From Pseudothermotoga sp. (GTDB taxonomy: Bacteria; Thermotogota; Thermotogae; Thermotogales; DSM-5069): a DNA stretch of 64,000 nucleotides. The position numbers and the translations under genes are program-made. Below are positions 62,679-64,000 of this stretch, one piece after another (the first letter of the stretch is position 1; every line of letters starts with the position of its first letter). A model generated the notes under the pieces. It was given only the letters and a program-made list of their open reading frames with translations, was not told the DNA's origin and searched no databases. Where the stretch lies: NCBI GenBank assembly GCA_031962025.1, contig JAVRKW010000004.1; one strand, given 5' to 3'.

Positions 62679-63589
62679 CTTTGATTTATACATCTTTGAG
62701 CTTTCTGATCTGTCTTTTACTCTATCCTCTGTTCATCAAATTTCTCAGAGTAAAAAGAATTGGTAAGTTCATTCGTGAGGATGGACCGGATCTTCATGGT
62801 TATAAAGCCGGTACACCAACAATGGGTGGCATCCTTTTTGTCTCGGTGACTGCCATTTTGGCATTTATGTCAAATGAAATAGTACAAATGCTCAGCATCA
62901 TCCTTTTTGGCTTGATCGGCTTTCTGGACGATTATGCGGGTATAAAATGGAGGAAATCACTTGGGATACGCGCATGGCAGAAATTTTCACTTCAACTGAT
63001 CTGCTCGATTTTACTTTATATTCTCATGGGTCCTCATCAAACAAGTGTTCTGATACCGTTTTCGCATAAATCAATAGATCTGGGTTATCTTTATCCTGTT
63101 TTTGCTGTGATTGTCATGGTCGGCTTCAGCAATGCTGCAAACCTGACAGATGGCTTGGATGGTCTTCTTGGCAGTGTTTTTCTCACAGCCGCGTTGCCAT
63201 ACTGGCTCTTTTTGAATGGAAAATCGAATTCGATACTGTACATCTCTTTTGCGGTTATGGCTTTTCTTTTCTACAACATAAAACCCGCAAAGGTTTTTAT
63301 GGGCGATACGGGTTCTCTTGCGCTTGGTGGTTTACTTGGTACTGTAGCTGTGGAGACTTCAACCGAACTTTTCCTGGTGTGTTTTGCACCTGTTATTGTT
63401 TTTGAAGCTTTGAGTGTTATGTTACAGGTGAGCAGTTTTAAACTGTTCAAAAAGAGAATTTTCAAAATGTCTCCCATTCACCATCATTTTGAGCTACTTG
63501 GATGGAAAGAGGAAAGAATCGTACAGATCTTTTCTCTGACCAATCTTGTGCTTGCACTGTTTACTCTTCTGGGGGCACAGTTGATGTGA
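62675..63589 (+). CDS. mraY: Phospho-MurNAc-pentapeptide transferase
   Basis: KAGTPTMGG, GFLDD, NLTDGLDGL, FMGDTGS, PIHHHFE. Confidence 0.97.
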   Translation: MTLIYTSLSFLICLLLYPLFIKFLRVKRIGKFIREDGPDLHGYKAGTPTMGGILFVSVTAILAFMSNEIVQMLSIILFGLIGFLDDYAGIKWRKSLGIRAWQKFSLQLICSILLYILMGPHQTSVLIPFSHKSIDLGYLYPVFAVIVMVGFSNAANLTDGLDGLLGSVFLTAALPYWLFLNGKSNSILYISFAVMAFLFYNIKPAKVFMGDTGSLALGGLLGTVAVETSTELFLVCFAPVIVFEALSVMLQVSSFKLFKKRIFKMSPIHHHFELLGWKEERIVQIFSLTNLVLALFTLLGAQLM

Positions 63590-64000
63590 AAAAACTGATC
63601 ACAAGTTCGATGATACTTTTACAGATCTTTTGTTTTGTTTATGCCTTTGAAACCCAAAGTATTTACGTGGGTTCAGGGTACTCGAGAATCTCCTTCAGCG
63701 ATGGAATTATATGTCTTGTGAGATCTCAGCCTGCATCGGTTCTGGTCCTCACCAATCAGGGTAAGTTTATTGCAGAAATAAATATGGGATTATCTTACCC
63801 TGTGAATGCGATCCACAAAGATGGTATGATCTTTGTCACAGATTATTACAAATCCTCGGTGATGGTTTACACGCTCTTTGGCAGGCTTTTAAAAAAGATA
63901 GATGTTGGCAGGTATCCAACAACCATTAAATCCAGCAAAAACAGGATCTACGTTGCCTGCTCTGGTGACAGTTCTATTTATGAAATAAACAGTACTTCTT
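63586..64000 (+). CDS. Secreted YVTN/YncE-like beta-propeller protein (truncated by the window edge)
   Basis: GTG start overlapping the mraY stop; MKKLITSSMILLQIFCFVYAF signal-like N-terminus; IFVTDY, IDVGRYP, IYVAC repeats; frame open to 64000. Confidence 0.7.
   Translation, partial: MKKLITSSMILLQIFCFVYAFETQSIYVGSGYSRISFSDGIICLVRSQPASVLVLTNQGKFIAEINMGLSYPVNAIHKDGMIFVTDYYKSSVMVYTLFGRLLKKIDVGRYPTTIKSSKNRIYVACSGDSSIYEINSTS

Overview
Chromosomal window from a Thermotogota bacterium, most likely Pseudothermotoga-like. This is inferred from the CRISPR repeat type, Thermotoga-style iolM/iolN/iolO/uxaE genes, hrcA-grpE-dnaJ without dnaK and MurE with a DDPR motif. Left to right it holds: (1) the 3' end of a CRISPR array (6 identical 36-bp repeats) and a complete type III-B Cmr effector operon (cmr1-cas10-cmr3-cmr4-cmr5-cmr6), with no cas1/2/6 or cOA effector in view; (2) a 269-bp non-autonomous IS200/IS605 element that keeps IS608-like ends and the TnpB C-terminal/omega-RNA region; (3) an orphan four-gene operon ending in a Zn-ribbon protein and RNase H, then a secreted serpin; (4) a ~26-kb inositol/hexuronate catabolic region with three ABC importers; (5) branched-chain keto-acid fermentation genes, serine/PLP/NAD salvage genes, pyruvate:ferredoxin oxidoreductase, a GH57 branching enzyme, heat-shock genes and murE-murF-mraY. 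The most unexplained signal is a ~260-nt element between the last CRISPR repeat and cmr1. It folds by eye into six nested helices whose non-Watson-Crick pairs are G-U only on the + strand, and it sits just after a last spacer that is itself an intrinsic terminator. All functional calls come from motif recognition only; no database searches were run.
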